Assembly: GCA_965248435.1 (NCBI GenBank)
Contig: OZ252100.1
Coordinates: 3,808,001-3,872,000, forward strand
From: Candidatus Latescibacterota bacterium
GTDB taxonomy: Bacteria > Latescibacterota > UBA2968 > GCA-2709665
Length of the DNA stretch: 64,000 nt
Direction of reading: 5' to 3'
Below, one piece after another: positions 60,428-64,000 of the stretch (position 1 is its first letter; every line of letters begins with the position of its first letter). The notes beneath the pieces are model-generated. The model was given only the letters and a program-made list of their open reading frames with translations, was not told where the DNA came from and searched no databases. The position numbers were made by a program, and so were the translations under genes.

Positions 60428-60507
60428 GCAATTGCGGCTCACAGACAAGCCGGCGACGCGTCCTGCGCCGCAAACAAAACTAGAGCTACGGAAGTAGGAG
60501 TACACTC

Positions 60508-61422
60508 ATGGCTGAACAAACCGAAACTGAATCACCCGAATGCAGTAATGTCGCCCCTCTCGTGGGATTCTGGGGCTGTGATGCGGAAACGGACGAGATA
60601 CCTGTTGGGTTTGATGTCGCACTCGTCAGGAATCCGAGGGTGGATGTTGATGAGGAATGGTCAAAGAAGATTGGGACGTCGGCTACCGATGAGCTGCGAA
60701 GAGCTCAGTGGGCACTTGAACACAGGTATCGTGGTGAGCCGGGAATCCATTTGGGATCAAAGGAGGATCTTTCGGATCAGTTGTTGCAGACTGCGTTGCT
60801 TGCTCTTTGGATCACTAAGCCCACCGGAGCCAGGATCACGCACCTGCTGAGATACCGTACCCCCTGGCACTCTGCGAATGCAGCATCTGTCGCGTTCTAC
60901 CGAGGGGATTCCTTTAGACCTAATCGTCGATATGAAAGGACTACTTTCGCCCCCGACGATCTGGATGACCTCGGGACAGTGTTCAAGGGCGTGAAATCAA
61001 TATTCGACATGAAGAAGGGACTCAGGCGAGCACTCTACCATCTGAGCGGGGCCTTACACTTGTGGTTCTGGGATGCTCGATTCGCGATGTTCACAGTCGT
61101 TCTCGAAAGCCTGTTCACCACAGACGCACAAGAGATCACGCACAAGATCAGCGAACGCATCGCCTTCTTCCTTAAGGACACTCCAGCAGAGAGGCGATGT
61201 GTGTTTGATGACGTAAAGGAAATCTACCGTACAAGATCGAGAATTGTCCACGGACTCGATCTCAAGGCTACTGAAGAACAAACCGTCAGCCTCTTGGCGG
61301 AACTAGAGGCGCTTGTTCACCACGTTTTGAAGAGGATTTTGAAAGATTCAAAGCTGGTAGAGGAGTTCTCTGGCAATGCCAAGCGACGTGAACAGTTCCT
61401 AACTGACCTTGTGTTCTCCTAA
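60508..61422 (+). CDS. HEPN-domain protein (ApeA-like; cassette 16)
   Basis: LESLF..EITHKISERIA..YRTRSRIVHG (RxxxxH). Confidence 0.75.
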   Translation: MAEQTETESPECSNVAPLVGFWGCDAETDEIPVGFDVALVRNPRVDVDEEWSKKIGTSATDELRRAQWALEHRYRGEPGIHLGSKEDLSDQLLQTALLALWITKPTGARITHLLRYRTPWHSANAASVAFYRGDSFRPNRRYERTTFAPDDLDDLGTVFKGVKSIFDMKKGLRRALYHLSGALHLWFWDARFAMFTVVLESLFTTDAQEITHKISERIAFFLKDTPAERRCVFDDVKEIYRTRSRIVHGLDLKATEEQTVSLLAELEALVHHVLKRILKDSKLVEEFSGNAKRREQFLTDLVFS

Positions 61423-61479
61423 GTCTTTATGGAGCTTGGCCAACTTGCCTTCGTAGCAAGCTGGCCGGGCCGCAACAGC

Positions 61480-61622
61480 ATTTAACACGAGCACCCCCGG
61501 CTTCGGCGCATTCGCCCCTCGCCCAACCTGCCATTTCACTGTCACGGCGCTTGCTTAAGAAAACCGTGGGTGGCAAGCGCCGCGCCAGCTTGGAAGGTTC
61601 GCAGCCCGCGAGAACGTTAGCC
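61480..61622 (+). repeat. attC-like site 16 (mismatched arms)
   Basis: ATTTAAC..gcacccccg / cgcagccc..GTTAGCC. Confidence 0.8.
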
Positions 61623-61716
61623 GAAATTCCTTACCCCACCCCGTCTGTGAAGGCACGCAGATTCGTAACCACAGTCGATCGGAGACCGTTTCGACCGGTG
61701 GGACGGAGATCTTATC

Positions 61717-62166
61717 TTGAGATACGGAATGAGTGCCGCGGCCGTGATCGTCCAACACAATCGAGTGCTGCTGGTCCATCATTCTAAGCGGGGCGAGTTT
61801 GACTTCTGGTTGCCCCCCGGCGGCGGCCTTGAAGGACAGGAGTCTATCTTTGACTGCGCCTCGCGAGAGGCACTGGAAGAAACGAGTCTTGAGGTTGAGT
61901 TAGACAGAATTATCTACATTCAAGAATTTGTCGAATCTGACTATCACTTCTGCAAGTTTTTCATCCTGTGCCGAAGTTACAATGGCACCATTTCTCTCAA
62001 GAACAAAACAGCCGAGGAGGATTTCCTGGTAGACGCTCGTTTCTTCTCTGAGAGTGACCTAAGCAGCATGGATGTCAGGCCAGATATACTGAAGGAACAA
62101 TTCTGGTCAGATCTTCGGGCGGGCTTTCCAAAAACGAGATATCTCGGGTTGCACACGATAGGTTAA
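61717..62166 (+). CDS. NUDIX hydrolase (cassette 17)
   Basis: PGGGLEGQESIFDCASREALEET. Confidence 0.9.
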   Translation: MRYGMSAAAVIVQHNRVLLVHHSKRGEFDFWLPPGGGLEGQESIFDCASREALEETSLEVELDRIIYIQEFVESDYHFCKFFILCRSYNGTISLKNKTAEEDFLVDARFFSESDLSSMDVRPDILKEQFWSDLRAGFPKTRYLGLHTIG

Positions 62167-62243
62167 AGACGCAAATGCTTTGACGCGTGCTTGAGGGCTG
62201 CCCTCAATGGAAATACCGAGGGGGGCAGTTCTTCAAGAACTTC

Positions 62244-62340
62244 GGCTAACACGTCTACTTGCGCTACGGCGCATTCGCGCCTTGGCCTCCGGCAACCCGC
62301 CTGACGGCGGGTTCGCAAGTGGCGAGAACGAACGTTATAC
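62244..62340 (+). repeat. attC-like site 17
   Basis: GGCTAAC..acttgcg / cgcaagt..gagaacgaacGTTATAC. Confidence 0.82.
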
Positions 62341-62369
62341 CACATTAGTCAGGACAGAAAGGCAACAGA

Positions 62370-62828
62370 ATGAAGGATTGCATGACCTGCGAACTGACGG
62401 AGAGACGCAGGCTGGGCCAAGCTCCACTTTGGGACTGCATCTATCGCACTCAGTTTTGGGATGTGGCGCATGCTTACAATACCGCATTGCCTGGCTGGCT
62501 TGTGTTGATTGTTCAGAGACATATAGAAGCGATCGATGAACTGACTGAGCAGGAAGCCGTTGAGTTGGGGGGCTTGATTCGCCGGGTTTCTTTGGCGCTA
62601 AAAAAGATCACTGGATGTGCGAAAACATACGTGATCCAATTTGCCGAGCATAAAAATCATCCGCATGTGCACTTCCATATTGTGCCACGTATGTCTGATC
62701 AGCCCGAGGACCGACGAAGCACAAAGATCTTTGCCTATCTGGGCGTCTCTCAAGAGGAAAGTGTGAGTGAACATCAGATGAATGACATTGCCACCAAGAT
62801 TCAGAGCATTCTGTTGTCAAATGATTGA
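62370..62828 (+). CDS. HIT family hydrolase (cassette 18)
   Basis: CMTC, HPHVHFHIVPR. Confidence 0.9.
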   Translation: MKDCMTCELTERRRLGQAPLWDCIYRTQFWDVAHAYNTALPGWLVLIVQRHIEAIDELTEQEAVELGGLIRRVSLALKKITGCAKTYVIQFAEHKNHPHVHFHIVPRMSDQPEDRRSTKIFAYLGVSQEESVSEHQMNDIATKIQSILLSND

Positions 62829-62845
62829 AAGTCTAAACTCACGTC

Positions 62846-62988
62846 GTATAACACGGCACCCCCGGCTCAGCGCCTGACGGCGCTTCGACCCAACCCGCGC
62901 TCGCGGTCACGGCGCTCGCCTTAAAGACAAAAGCCGGGGCAACCTCCGCGCCCGCTCCGCAGGTTCGGGCGTGCCGAGAACGTTACAC
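62846..62988 (+). repeat. attC-like site 18
   Basis: GTATAAC..cggcac / gtgccg..GTTACAC. Confidence 0.85.
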
Positions 62989-63102
62989 GCAACCGGCCCC
63001 TAGCAAGGCAGGGCGGCGCGTCCTGCGCCGCCAAACACAAAGGTTGCAAAAACCGACAAAATTGGCGTCTATTAGAGAGATAATAGGTAAGGATCTTGAA
63101 TA

Positions 63103-63342
63103 ATGCCGACGGTATTGAGGGAAGGTCCCTATCGATTCTTTTTCGTATCACTCGACCGAGAAGAACCCGCGCATATTCACATACGGCGGGAGAACATGGT
63201 AGCAAAGTTTTGGCTTGATCCTATGGCGCTGGAAAGGGCTGGTGGATTCAGAGCTTCCGAACTGAACCGGATCGCCCAGCTTGTTCAAGAGCATCGAGAA
63301 CACTTCTTGGAGCAATGGCATGGCTTCTTCGCAGAAGAGTAA
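63103..63342 (+). CDS. DUF4160 protein (putative toxin; cassette 19)
   Basis: MPTVLR.GPYRFFF.S....EPAHIH..AKFWL. Confidence 0.85.
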   Translation: MPTVLREGPYRFFFVSLDREEPAHIHIRRENMVAKFWLDPMALERAGGFRASELNRIAQLVQEHREHFLEQWHGFFAEE

Positions 63343-63637
63343 GTCTGAAGCAAGAGCGCAAGAGGTGACACTCACTGACGAAGTGTTGAGCATTAGCCTC
63401 GTGGACGGTCGTTCCGTCAGTGTGCCGCTTTCGTGGTATCCTCGTCTGTGGTACGGCAGTGAGGAAGAACGCAAGAACTTCGAACTATTTGGAGATGGAT
63501 CGTACATTCACTGGCCTGATCTCGACGAAGATCTCACAGTTGAAGGTATCCTCGAAGGAAAGCGATCGGCCGAAGGTCCCAGCTCGCTGAAGAAATGGCT
63601 CGAGACAAGAGAAGGAAAATCCAAACCCACAGCTTGA
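63320..63637 (+). CDS. DUF2442 protein (putative antitoxin; cassette 19)
   Basis: L.DGR...VPLSWYPRL, IHWPDLDEDL; overlaps the DUF4160 gene. Confidence 0.85.
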   Translation: MASSQKSKSEARAQEVTLTDEVLSISLVDGRSVSVPLSWYPRLWYGSEEERKNFELFGDGSYIHWPDLDEDLTVEGILEGKRSAEGPSSLKKWLETREGKSKPTA

Positions 63638-63712
63638 GGATACATCCAACTGAGTTGTGCGTACGCGGCCTTGCCATCCCCGGCAAGGCCGCAACTACAA
63701 GGTCCCGGCAGC

Positions 63713-63852
63713 GTGTAACACGACGGGCTGCGGCTCGGGGCATTCGCCCCTCGCGCAACCTGCCTTATCGCGGTCACGGTGCTTGCCGATGAAAGGCGGG
63801 TTGCAACCGCCGCGCCCGCTCGGCAGGTTCGTGGGTGCCGAGACCGTTACCT
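63713..63852 (+). repeat. attC-like site 19 (mismatched arms)
   Basis: GTGTAAC..gggctgcg / cgtgggtgccg..GTTACCT. Confidence 0.82.
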
Positions 63853-64000
63853 GCCATGCAGGTTTTTGAGTTTCCGGTTTCAATAGAAGGGGCAAACCAA
63901 ACAACAGCTCAGGGGCTTCTGACGAGGCCCCTTGTTTGTCAGGTTGATAGGTACTTGGCGCGCGCGCGGCAGCGCGCCCGACTGACACCTCGTTTCAGTC

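Larger units (their letters stand above)
41862..64000 (+). mobile_element. Integron-like gene cassette array without an adjacent IntI (at least 20 cassettes; runs off window)
   Basis: Same-strand ORFs, each followed by an ..AAC-[hairpin]-GTT.. site; each cassette start is complementary to its own end. Confidence 0.9.

Noticed and set aside
44274-63852. CRISPR array
   Set aside because: The repeats are long, variable hairpins separated by whole genes, and no cas genes are present.
63853-64000. Gene in cassette 20
   Set aside because: Only ~150 bp of leader is visible; no supportable ORF.

Overview
The window has two parts. Bases 1-40.5 kb are a GC-rich catabolic region: enolase-family, dipeptidase, sulfatase, Gfo/Idh/MocA, beta-propeller and GH28-like genes, many in tandem paralog sets, with short intergenic repeat families. 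Bases ~41.86-64 kb are an integron-like array of at least 20 same-strand gene cassettes separated by atypical, branched attC-like sites. No IntI gene lies at the head of the array. Instead, the first cassette is itself a tyrosine recombinase + IS91-like (HUH/Y2) transposase module, bounded by GTTGAAC...GTTCAAC and its own hairpin site. Each cassette has cassette-specific terminal inverted repeats (about 13-25 nt) with an invariant A/C mismatch at position 11. An IS621-like IS110 sits exactly in one GTT crossover box, and its bridge RNA has readable target and donor guides that match that site. Cargo includes Shedu-like, HEPN, toxin-antitoxin, fabI, NUDIX, HIT and methyltransferase genes. All calls were made by eye from the sequence and ORF track; no searches were run.
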